From Eledone cirrhosa (lineage: Eukaryota), in NCBI GenBank assembly GCA_964016885.1, contig OZ024760.1:4030001-4094000 (forward strand): a stretch of DNA of 64,000 nt. Direction: 5' to 3'. Positions within the stretch are counted from its first letter, which is position 1. Every line of letters starts with the position of its first letter. The notes under the pieces were generated by a model. That model was not told the DNA's origin and did no database searches. It worked only from the letters and a program-made list of their open reading frames with translations. Below are positions 1 through 20,119 of the stretch, piece by piece. The position numbers and the translations under genes were made by a program.

Positions 1-3000
1 TGTTTCCTCAAAAACCAGTATGACTCTAAAAACCGGTTTGTCTGTGTGTTTACATACAGAATAGCTGGCCACTCACAGTAAAGTGATCAGTGAAAAAAAA
101 ACTTGGTACATCTACATATGTATACGTTTGTGTATTCATATACATACTAGTATTTCAGTATACATATATGGATGTACATCTTTGACTTAATTGTTTGAGC
201 GTCAGTCATACAAAAGTGAGTTACAAACGAAACGAAATTTAATTTCGTTTCGTTATTTGTTTTTATCGTCTCCGTTGAACCGGTACTTACTCACACTCTA
301 TGCAAGTTGGTCTGCCCACTACTAATTTTCATAGAAAAAGCATATAGCGATATGTGCTTTTACGATTCTCTAGAGAGGCCGGAAGATAGGTAAATATTGC
401 TGATGAGTTGTAACAACAACGAAACTAGTTCAATATTCCTTGTCTGGCTTTCTGGAGAATAGAGGAAAGATGTTTCCTCAAAAACCAGTATGACTCTAAA
501 AACCGGTTTGTCTGTGTGTTTACATACAGAATAGCTGGCCACTCACAGTAAAGTGATCAGTGAAAAAAAACTTGGTACATCTACATATGTATACGTTTGT
601 GTATTCATATACATACTAGTATTTCAGTATACATATATGGATGTACATCTTTGACTTAATTGTTTGAGCGTCAGTCATACAAAAGTGAGTTACAAACGAA
701 ACGAAATTTAATTTCGTTTCGTTATTTGTTTTTATCGTCTCCGTTGAACCGGTACTTACTCACACTCTATGCAAGTTGGTCTGCCCACTACTAATTTTCA
801 TAGAAAAAGCATATAGCGATATGTGCTTTTACGATTCTCTAGAGAGGCCGGAAGATAGGTAAATATTGCTGATGAGTTGTAACAACAACGAAACTAGTTC
901 AATATTCCTTGTCTGGCTTTCTGGAGAATAGAGGAAAGATGTTTCCTCAAAAACCAGTATGACTCTAAAAACCGGTTTGTCTGTGTGTTTACATACAGAA
1001 TAGCTGGCCACTCACAGTAAAGTGATCAGTGAAAAAAAAACTTGGTACATCTACATATGTATACGTTTGTGTATTCATATACATACTAGTATTTCAGTAT
1101 ACATATATGGATGTACATCTTTGACTTAATTGTTTGAGCGTCAGTCATACAAAAGTGAGTTACAAACGAAACGAAATTTAATTTCGTTTCGTTATTTGTT
1201 TTTATCGTCTCCGTTGAACCGGTACTTACTCACACTCTATGCAAGTTGGTCTGCCCACTACTAATTTTCATAGAAAAAGCATATAGCGATATGTGCTTTT
1301 ACGATTCTCTAGAGAGGCCGGAAGATAGGTAAATATTGCTGATGAGTTGTAACAACAACGAAACTAGTTCAATATTCCTTGTCTGGCTTTCTGGAGAATA
1401 GAGGAAAGATGTTTCCTCAAAAACCAGTATGACTCTAAAAACCGGTTTGTCTGTGTGTTTACATACAGAATAGCTGGCCACTCACAGTAAAGTGATCAGT
1501 GAAAAAAAAACTTGGTACATCTACATATGTATACGTTTGTGTATTCATATACATACTAGTATTTCAGTATACATATATGGATGTACATCTTTGACTTAAT
1601 TGTTTGAGCGTCAGTCATACAAAAGTGAGTTACAAACGAAACGAAATTTAATTTCGTTTCGTTATTTGTTTTTATCGTCTCCGTTGAACCGGTACTTACT
1701 CACACTCTATGCAAGTTGGTCTGCCCACTACTAATTTTCATAGAAAAAGCATATAGCGATATGTGCTTTTACGATTCTCTAGAGAGGCCGGAAGATAGGT
1801 AAATATTGCTGATGAGTTGTAACAACAACGAAACTAGTTCAATATTCCTTGTCTGGCTTTCTGGAGAATAGAGGAAAGATGTTTCCTCAAAAACCAGTAT
1901 GACTCTAAAAACCGGTTTGTCTGTGTGTTTACATACAGAATAGCTGGCCACTCACAGTAAAGTGATCAGTGAAAAAAAAACTTGGTACATCTACATATGT
2001 ATACGTTTGTGTATTCATATACATACTAGTATTTCAGTATACATATATGGATGTACATCTTTGACTTAATTGTTTGAGCGTCAGTCATACAAAAGTGAGT
2101 TACAAACGAAACGAAATTTAATTTCGTTTCGTTATTTGTTTTTATCGTCTCCGTTGAACCGGTACTTACTCACACTCTATGCAAGTTGGTCTGCCCACTA
2201 CTAATTTTCATAGAAAAAGCATATAGCGATATGTGCTTTTACGATTCTCTAGAGAGGCCGGAAGATAGGTAAATATTGCTGATGAGTTGTAACAACAACG
2301 AAACTAGTTCAATATTCCTTGTCTGGCTTTCTGGAGAATAGAGGAAAGATGTTTCCTCAAAAACCAGTATGACTCTAAAAACCGGTTTGTCTGTGTGTTT
2401 ACATACAGAATAGCTGGCCACTCACAGTAAAGTGATCAGTGAAAAAAAAAAACTTGGTACATCTACATATGTATACGTTTGTGTATTCATATACATACTA
2501 GTATTTCAGTATACATATATGGATGTACATCTTTGACTTAATTGTTTGAGCGTCAGTCATACAAAAGTGAGTTACAAACGAAACGAAATTTAATTTCGTT
2601 TCGTTATTTGTTTTTATCGTCTCCGTTGAACCGGTACTTACTCACACTCTATGCAAGTTGGTCTGCCCACTACTAATTTTCATAGAAAAAGCATATAGCG
2701 ATATGTGCTTTTACGATTCTCTAGAGAGGCCGGAAGATAGGTAAATATTGCTGATGAGTTGTAACAACAACGAAACTAGTTCAATATTCCTTGTCTGGCT
2801 TTCTGGAGAATAGAGGAAAGATGTTTCCTCAAAAACCAGTATGACTCTAAAAACCGGTTTGTCTGTGTGTTTACATACAGAATAGCTGGCCACTCACAGT
2901 AAAGTGATCAGTGAAAAAAAAACTTGGTACATCTACATATGTATACGTTTGTGTATTCATATACATACTAGTATTTCAGTATACATATATGGATGTACAT

Positions 3001-3011
3001 CTTTGACTTAA
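1..3011 (+). repeat. Tandem array of ~470-bp units (>=6.4 copies, starts before the window), one hammerhead ribozyme per unit; retrozyme-like
   Basis: Units start at 1, 471, 940, 1410, 1880, 2350 and 2822. By eye they differ only in the length of one A-tract. Each unit contains CTGATGA...GAAA plus several hairpins. Confidence 0.97.
393..437 (+). ncRNA. Type I hammerhead ribozyme (copies at 862-906, 1332-1376, 1802-1846, 2272-2316, 2744-2788)
   Basis: AATATTG-CTGATGA-GTTGT(AACA)ACAAC-GAAA-CTAG-TT-CAATATT: 7-bp helix I, intact core, 5-bp helix II, palindromic mini-helix III (ACTAGT), GUU cleavage triplet. Helix I can extend over ~366-459. Confidence 0.9.
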
Positions 3012-3135
3012 TCATATATATATAAATATATATATATACAATATATTAATAAATGGAAACTATATTTATAAAACCATATTTATTTTATTATACATATTTC
3101 AAGGGCCACCAAGGCAAATTATGGTGTGATTTCAT

Positions 3136-4263
3136 AATAATAATAATAATGAAATATTGTGTACAGTGCTCAGGTACACTACAACTCATCAAAAAGTGTA
3201 TGTATAGTACATAGGGTAATGTACAAACATCAGGAAAATGAACAGTGCATGAGTCATGATACACACATGTGTGCATGTGTATGGAAGGGGTACATCAGGT
3301 ATAGTTTTGGCGTATTTCAGGAAGCATGAGTGTCTTAAAGGATGCAGTGTCTCGGCAGCTAACAACTGATGCAGGCAGTTTGTTCCATGCTTCAGCAACT
3401 CTGAGCGTGAAAAAATGTTTACGAAAGTCATGGGAGCTGTGCTGTTTTCTGATTTTGTAGGCATGTCCACGTGTGTTAGACACATGGAGATCAAAAAGGT
3501 GCTCAGGATTGCAATTGGCGAGATGGTTAATAACAGGAGGTCAATGTTCTGAGCAAGATAGGGGTTCCAGACTGATGATGCGAATTTCAAGTGTGGTCGT
3601 ACCATAGCTGTATACAGTTTTAAATAGATGGCTGGAGAGCGGCTAACAAAGGTCTTGCTGAGTGATGCCAAGACACCCTCGGCCTTCTTGACAATCTTAG
3701 AGACATGCTTTGTCCAACGCAAATCGCTGCCCAGGTCACGTTCACAAGAGGACTTCTTGATATCAGTGTTGTGGAGGGAGTATGTGGACGCTGGATTTTT
3801 CCTCCCAAAATGCATGGTGGTACACTTGTCCACAGCCAGCTTCAGTTGCCAGTCTGTGATCCATTGCTGCATTGTGTCCAGGTCTGATTGTAAGAAAGAG
3901 TTGTAGATTTCAGGATCAGTCCTTTTGATTTCAAGGTACAGCTTGATGTCATCTGCATATTTCAGTACCGTGGCATTCTGTAAGTTGGCATCTATGTCAT
4001 TAATATATGCCACAAACAAAAGGGGACCAAGAACAGATCCCTGTGGTACACCAGATGACATCTCATATGGTGAAGAATGCTGTCCTAGAACCGTGACTAC
4101 CTCTTTTCGGCTGAGAATGAAGGATTTCAAACAGTCGAAAAGATCATCCCTCACACCCATTGCAGAGAGTTTTGCCATAAGTCTTTTGTGTGGCACAGAA
4201 TTAAAAGCCTTAGCAAAGTCAAGGTAAACAACATCCACCCATGAGCCGCTGTCAGTGATCCGG
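3136..4263 (-). mobile_element. 5'-truncated CR1/L2-group LINE (RT C-terminal part plus 3' UTR)
   Basis: ORF 3189-4322 has YLDFAKAF, GVPQGSVLGP and YADD motifs and is frameshifted near its C-terminus. (TAT)n tail at 3136-3150. 3'-end copies at ~21110-21240 (-) and ~34333-34665 (+). Confidence 0.93.
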
Positions 4264-4503
4264 CAGATAAAATACAGATTTGTTTTATAAATAAATATTG
4301 ACATACCCGGAAAAAAAGACAACCTTAACAGTTTGAGCTTCCTGGATATTGTATTTACTCCACTAATCTGTTGAGTGCTTTATATCAGTTATAAAAATGT
4401 TTAAGCTTGTTGAATCCCAACAAATTAAATATAACCTCTGCATATATATATATATATATTAATTCAAAATATTAACAAATATAGACATTCGTGTGATCAA
4501 GTA

Positions 4504-4570
4504 TATTTTATTATACATATTTCAGAGGTACTGAGCTATCTTCAACAGTACGTCCTCATCAGATAAAATA
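4504..4570 (-). ncRNA. Type I hammerhead ribozyme
   Basis: Minus strand reads TATTTTAT-CTGATGA-GGACGTACTG...CAGTACCTCT-GAAA-TATGTA-TA-ATAAAATA: 8-bp helix I, AUA site. Confidence 0.8.
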
Positions 4571-4672
4571 AGATGATGCTTGACATACCTTGACTAAGTA
4601 GATGGTTAAAATTCAGTCATATATATATACCAAGATATTAATAAATGGAAACTATATTTATAAAACCATATT

Positions 4673-4737
4673 TATTTTATTATATATATTTCAAGAGCGA
4701 CCAAGCCAATCTTGGTGCGCTTTCATCAGATAAAATA
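4673..4737 (-). ncRNA. Type I hammerhead ribozyme
   Basis: Minus strand reads TATTTTAT-CTGATGA-AAGCGCACCAAG(ATTGG)CTTGGTCGCTCTT-GAAA-TATATA-TA-ATAAAATA. Confidence 0.82.
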
Positions 4738-4873
4738 CAAATGGAAATCAACCTTAACGGTCGGAAATTCGCTGGATATTCCAATAACCTGTTACTCCAG
4801 AATCTGTTGAGTACTCTATATCAGTTATAAACATTTATGTTTGTCGGAACTCCAACAAATTAAATATAACTTC

Positions 4874-4945
<72 letters not shown>

Positions 4946-5012
4946 CGTGTGTGGGTGTGTATGTATGTTTGTATGATGTATATATATATATTATGTAATA
5001 AACAGCACAATG

Positions 5013-5129
5013 TAATTATTCCATTACCCAAGGTTTCACGAAGACAGGTGACCCCCAACAGAGGCGTCCGACGTCGTTCATCTGTTGGGGTCACCTGTCT
5101 TCGTGAAACCTTGGGTAATGGAATAATTA
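5013..5129. repeat. Near-perfect inverted repeat (~50-bp arms), derived from a hammerhead/pLTR
   Basis: Arms 5013-5062 and 5081-5129. Each ends in GAAACC-TTG-GGTA-ATGG, the 3' half of the hammerhead family also seen at 40252-40320 and 63071-63134. Confidence 0.9.
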
Positions 5130-5153
5130 TATAATACACAAAATAAAAACTCA

Positions 5154-5196
5154 GTCACTGAGGAGGTCACAGAATGTGTAACGAAAGAGCTTTGAC
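5154..5196 (+). ncRNA. Type I hammerhead ribozyme (Penelope pLTR type)
   Basis: GTCA-CTGAGGA-GGTCAC(AGAAT)GTGTAAC-GAAA-GAGC-TT-TGAC. Downstream sequence (GAAAACCAAC...ATGACCCTCCCAA) resembles the pLTR at 31560-31640. Confidence 0.7.
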
Positions 5197-5409
5197 AATA
5201 TATAAACAACTATCTGGTTATCAAAGCAACCAACCGAAAATTTATAATAAATTGAAGTGAAAACCAACAGGTGCATATGTTTTTATTGGCAGCATGACCC
5301 TCCCAAAGTATATATATATATATATATATATAACGAAGGAGTTGTGGTAAGGAACCAGGTGGACCATAACGCACCAAAGTACTCAATACTTAGGGTAGTA
5401 GAGTGGGTA

Positions 5410-5525
5410 ATAGGAACCAGTAAGACCCCGACGGCTGAGCTCAAGCCGTTTCGACGGCTAATTCTGGACTGTCCAGAATTAGCCGTCGAAACGGCTTGAG
5501 CTCAGCCGTCGGGGTCTTACTGGTT

Positions 5526-5530
<5 letters not shown>
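5410..5530. repeat. Perfect 121-bp palindrome (60-bp arms, 1-nt spacer)
   Basis: 5410-5469 is the exact reverse complement of 5471-5530. A related element lies at 51154-51335. Confidence 0.95.
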
Positions 5531-5590
<60 letters not shown>

Positions 5591-5619
5591 AGAAGAAGTT
5601 TATGAAACGGAAATGCGGG

Positions 5620-5654
<35 letters not shown>

Positions 5655-6927
5655 GTATATATATAAATGTGTATGTAGATTTATATATATACACACACAT
5701 ATACATATATATATATATATACATACATATATATATATATACACACATACATATATATATATATATATACACACACACACGCATACACATATATACATGT
5801 ATGTAAGTATAGATGCATATGTACATATACATACATTATATAACCATTTTTTGACAGTATTAAGACATTGATTTACCATTTGGTAATGTCTCAATGGAGC
5901 AACAGATGGTTATTCCTGTTTTTATGGACAGGCCAGCGTTGAATTTTTCTTTTCTTTTCTTCTTTGCTTTCTTTATATCTTTCTTTCTCTTTCTCTTTCT
6001 TTTTGTCTTTCCTTCTCTCTATCTTTTGTTCTTTCTTTATTTCTCTTTCTCTTTCTTTTAGTCTTTCCTTCTCTCTATCTTTTGTTCTTTCTTTATTTCT
6101 CTTTCTCTTTCTTTTTGTCCTTCCTTCTCTCTATCTTTTGTTCTTGCTTCCTTTATTTCTTTCTATATTTATTCATTGTACCTTTTTTTCTATTTTTTTT
6201 CTTACACTTCTTACTTTAGTTTTTTTTTGTTTGTTTTTCTTATTCTTAGGATGGTAGATTGCCAGAATTGGTAGAGCATCAGACAAAACGGCATTGCAGT
6301 ATTTGTTCTGGCCCTCAACATTCTGAGTTCAAATCCCACCATCCTTCTAGGATGAAAATAAAGTACCAGATGGTACTGCTAACCCATCCCCTCCTACTTT
6401 TCAATGGTGCACCCTTGGATTTAGAAAATAGAGTTTGTATATAAAAAAAAAAAGCATTCTGAATGATGTTCCTTGTGTTGGTGCCATAATAAAATGCACC
6501 CAGTACAAGAGTTTGAGAATGTATGTAAGTGTGCTGTAGCCCTTGACATGTCTGATAAGTCTGTAGATTGGATTAAATACTGATTTGGTCTGTAACAACC
6601 CATCCAACTCTGGCTAGCATGGAAAATGGATGTTAAATGATGATGGTGATGATAGATTAATAGATAGATTTACATATATATATATATATATATATGTATA
6701 TATTTATAAATAGATAGATTAATATAGATAGATAGATAGACAGACACCACTAAAATGATGATAATGATGATGAAATTTCAATCAATAACTTTCAATATTC
6801 AATTATCTCTTTAAGTATAAAGTCACGTATGTATTATGGAAACATATGTTAGATATTCACGTGATGGGAGTCAGGAGAATCTTTGTCAATGGTCAATGGT
6901 AGAAACACTAAGGACATTGGTTACCCT

Positions 6928-7147
6928 TAACCTTTTAGCATTTAAACCAGCTGTATCCAGCCAGAATTCTCTCACATCTTTCTGTTCAAACTGGCTGTGA
7001 CTGGCCACTCATAGTGATGTTAGTATTGTTCTCAAAATAAATAACATCAAAATCTCAGATTCGATATTATGTGAGATTATCGTGTGAGGTAAACTCTTTA
7101 TGAAAATATAATAGTAAATATAGAGTAATGTAAATGATAAAGGGTTA
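6928..7147. mobile_element. piggyBac-like MITE family (TTAA-flanked, TIR CCCTTTAGCATTTA)
   Basis: Family consensus TTAA|CCCTTTAGCATTTA...TAAATGCTAAAGGG|TTAA, ~210 bp. Further copies at ~20882-21097, 23872-24075, 26161-26379, 26421-26642, 61773-61947 and 63715-63928; partial copies at 17090-17217 and 52855-52975. Confidence 0.8.
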
Positions 7148-7535
7148 AGAAGTCTTTCTCTGAGAAGTTTGTTTTTGTAAGGGAGTATTTTTTTTATTTT
7201 TATTTTTTTCGTATTTTATTTATTTATATACATTTATATATGGCTTATTAGCCTTGTTTCTTGGTTGCAAAAATAGATCCATTGTATTTCAAATCCTGTA
7301 TTTATGTAAAATTACTATGATTCTTTTCCAAGAGGTTTCATCACCAGCAGAGTCATTAGTTCCTCCAGGCAACAGTAGGCATCCCACTGATATTTCTCTC
7401 ATTCTCTCTCCCACAACTCTCTTTCCCCCACTATATATATATATATATATGTGTATGTATGTGTGTGTGTGTATATATATAAAACTGCACATATATGCGT
7501 ATACATTTACATATATGTTTATATATATTCATTTG

Positions 7536-7972
7536 GTCTCCTAGTTAGAATTTTAGTCTACGACTTCTGCTATACCATTTACGTGGTTTTGTCTTTGCGT
7601 GCTATTGTTCTCCACGCTCCACATATGACTTATTATCTTCGTTTTTTCATTCATTGCCAGAGAACGTCTCTATGCACCACCTAAGAGAACATTAGTCTAC
7701 GACCTCTTTTATACCATAAACGTGGTTCTGTCTTTGCGCGTAATTGTTTTTCACCGCTCCTATTAATGACGTATTATTCGTTTTTTCCCGTTCTTTGCCA
7801 GCGAACGGTTCCACGAACCAAAGTATTGTCTTCCTGTCTTCCACCGGTTGCAACGTTTTTTGAAATATCCAGTTCTGCGTTTACAGATTGACTTTGTTAG
7901 TTTCAGAAGATCCCGTTAAGGGTGAAAGCAGCGATTCTTTGCTTAAACTTTAATCTGTTATTTTAATAAATA
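7536..7972 (+). mobile_element. Dispersed pLTR-like repeat with internal ~130-bp duplication and hammerhead-like motif
   Basis: 7667-7972 is nearly identical to 28768-29072. A partial minus-strand copy lies at 39317-39376. Inserted in (TA)n and ends with AATAAA. Confidence 0.6.
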
Positions 7973-8566
7973 AATATATATATATATATATATATTTCAT
8001 TTTTGAATTTGTTTTGTAAGATTTCTTATCTGAAAACGTGTGTTGAAACATGTTGTCAATAAAAACACATGCACCTGTTGGTTTTCACCTCAATTTATTA
8101 GTAGTAGTTCCACAACAGTTAGTTCACCATACCGAGAACAAATGTTTCACCGTATTCAGACCCTCAGGTCGGATATATATATTATCATCATCATCATCAT
8201 CATCATTGTTTAACGTCCATCTTCCACGCTTGCATGGGTTAGACATGATTGTCCCACTTGAGGCAAGATTGGTCAGGTGACTGTGTCTTGTTCGTATAGA
8301 ACTATATATATATATTATCATCATCGTTTAACGTCCATTTTCCACGCTAGCATGTTGTATTTCGAGTATTAGACTTATATTGTACTTTTAACGTGGGTTT
8401 GTTTAATGTTTGCTTGCTCTCTTGCCCTATAGTTTTTATTTACAAATGCACCCTATTAGGTTTAACATGTCTTTCCATGATAATTTTCCTAAATTTTCCT
8501 AAATATCCATTCGCTATTCTTCTGAATTTTGGCTTGTTCTAGCCGATGATATTTCTTGTCTTTTCC

Positions 8567-8611
8567 TTGCTCTGATGAGTCCTAATTAATGGGACGAAAC
8601 ATTGTCAGCAA
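8567..8611 (+). ncRNA. Type I hammerhead ribozyme, canonical GUC site
   Basis: TTGCT-CTGATGA-GTCCT(AATTAAT)GGGAC-GAAAC-ATT-GTC-AGCAA, immediately followed by AATAAA. Confidence 0.88.
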
Positions 8612-8925
8612 ATAAAGATTTTTAATGTATTAAAGGCTTCTTTGTTAATTTATATAATTTTTCGGGTCTGTTTGATAACATTGAGCTATATCTTATACTG
8701 TCATTTCTCTAATACGACGAGTGTGTTTAACTCTAATGCACTCAAGTATTTTTATTTTTATCTTATATATATATATATTTAATACTAATAATAATAATAA
8801 TAACAGTGTTGCTATTATTGGGTATTAGCTTGATGTAGTGGGGTTCATGCAGAGCTGATATATAAAGAATAAGAAGTACCATGTGTTAGTTTGATAGCTT
8901 ATTGACTCTTTGGTGCTTCTTATTC

Positions 8926-8956
<31 letters not shown>

Positions 8957-9147
8957 TTGTATATCTCTGTGTATGTGTATGTGAATCTCTTTGTGCTTGA
9001 CTTTTTAGTGATATGCATGTGTATGTACATGTGTGAGTGGCTTATGTGTGTATGTGTTGATGTGTATGTGTGTGTTTGTATATATTCCGTTTTCACCTGT
9101 ACATATCACAAAGACACATCAGGTGTGTAGATATATTAGTGATGATG

Positions 9148-9217
<70 letters not shown>
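9148..9217. repeat. (AGT)n microsatellite
   Basis: Direct reading. Confidence 0.95.
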
Positions 9218-9220
<3 letters not shown>

Positions 9221-9907
9221 AGGTGGTGGTAGGAGTAGCAGCAATAGTATTTGTAGTAGTAGTGCAGTAGTGGTGGTGGTTGTGGTGTGTGGTGTTGGTG
9301 GTGGTGGTTGTTGTAGAGATATTGGTTTTTTGAGAGTGCTTGTATAGATGTGTGTATGTATGTATAAGTGAGTGAATGTGTGGGAGACAGATGTATATAT
9401 ATACACATATGTATGCATGTGTATGTATGTGTATATGTGTGTGTATGTATGTGTGTGAGGAGGAATAAGAGGGAGAGAGAGAAAGAGATATAGAAACTAA
9501 CGGGAGGTGGGGGGAGCTAAACATTGAACACAGTTCATCTCAGACCAGACAAGATTTAGCCAGGTCAGACAGACAAGCCATCCATCAATCTATCCAACTG
9601 ATCAGTTCTCCTCAAAGAAAGGGACCAGCCTGAAACCTTCCAACACCTTTCTTTTCATTAGTCCAACAAACTTTATTCCATTTTTTTTGAGAGATCAGAC
9701 ACAGATTTATCAACAGAGATTTACCGATGTAGACAGCCATTACGACTGTCAGCACAGGCTTACTGGGACCTTACTTAACTAATCATCTAATCAATTAACC
9801 ACCAAGCAAGTATACTAGGGTTAATGAACAAACCACTACGTGGTCATTTGGTCTGCTAGAAACAGTAGCAGAATCTCCCTCTTTCTCTCTCTGTTTATAT
9901 ATATATA

Positions 9908-10011
<104 letters not shown>

Positions 10012-10272
10012 ATACATATATACATATAAACACACATATATATATACATACACACACACACACACATATATATACATACACACATACATACATACATACA
10101 TACACACGCATACATATATATGCATATATACATATGCTTATGAATATACATTAATATATTAATATATATATATAGAGAGAGAGAGATAATTTAGTATCCT
10201 TGAAATATGAAAATAAATATGATGTTATAGTGATATTTTCCATTTATTACTATTTTTAATATATATATAAAT

Positions 10273-10337
<65 letters not shown>

Positions 10338-10350
10338 CACACATATATAT

Positions 10351-10433
<83 letters not shown>

Positions 10434-10537
10434 TACACACTGCCATCAGTATCTGCATATAAGATGGGATGTGGTGAAAATTAAGGACTTGCTCAAGGCT
10501 AAGACAGTAATACTATTGGAAGGTTCTCACTACTGAA

Positions 10538-19139
<8,602 letters not shown>

Positions 19140-19759
19140 AGACAGACAAATGGCATAAAAAACTGTAGAGGTTGAGGCTTCTTTCTTTATTTAACTTTAC
19201 TGCTTTACTGTTGTGATGTAGGAAATCTTGGAAGATGTCGCCAGGAAGAAATACATATAGAGATGGAAAACTGATGTTAAAATGGAATGTTTATGTTCAC
19301 ATAGAAGAAGGACATATGTACAAGTGTTATTGTGAACATGAATAGATGTATACACAAGCATATACATATGCTAACAAATATATTTACTTTTGTTATACGT
19401 TTTCTTAAAGAAGTGTTTAACAAACTATATTTTTAACAGTATCTTCAAACTTGTCCAAGTGCCTGAAGACTAGGTTACAGATTTGACCCCTCTTACAGTC
19501 TGGGGATATTCTCAAAATTGAGCCTTAAAACCCTAGGTAGTGCTTTTGTTCCGTGTATAATAATATGAACATAAATAAATTATATATCAGTTCATATACC
19601 TGATTGAGCAGTTTTCCCTTTTTTCCTTTCTCACTTCCACCGATATTTTACTACACACACACATACACATATATATAGCCATTTCTGTATTAGATACTTA
19701 TACTCTCCTATGTATTGAGTACCTTACTTACTGTGGTTACCCCCGATTAAACCCGGGAT

Positions 19760-19805
<46 letters not shown>

Positions 19806-20119
19806 TCGTATGATGATTTCCTTTAAATGAAACAGTTCTAGTCATGTAGAAGCCATTTCTATATAAAATTTGTTATGCATAAATATTTATTAATTTATCC
19901 TTTTAATTTTTATGTATTTTCCATTCTGTTCGTAGATAATATGATTTTTCCTCTGGTGGTATTATATCCCCTTTAATTAAACACATGCCTCTTTCTGTGT
20001 TTTTCTCTATATGCTGTCTTATAAAGAGACCGGATCTATATTTGAGCTCATTAAACTATAGGGGATTAATGTGAGTCTTTAACTCCATTTTTAAATTTGA
20101 GAATAAATAAATAAATAAA

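Noticed and set aside
360-2893. Six identical 60-aa minus-strand ORFs
   Set aside because: They start at GTG rather than ATG, have no recognisable domain and are antisense to the ribozyme, so they are a by-product of the repeat.
1-3011. CRISPR array or rDNA/5S/snRNA tandem
   Set aside because: No variable spacers, eukaryotic context, and no rRNA or snRNA sequence recognised in the unit.
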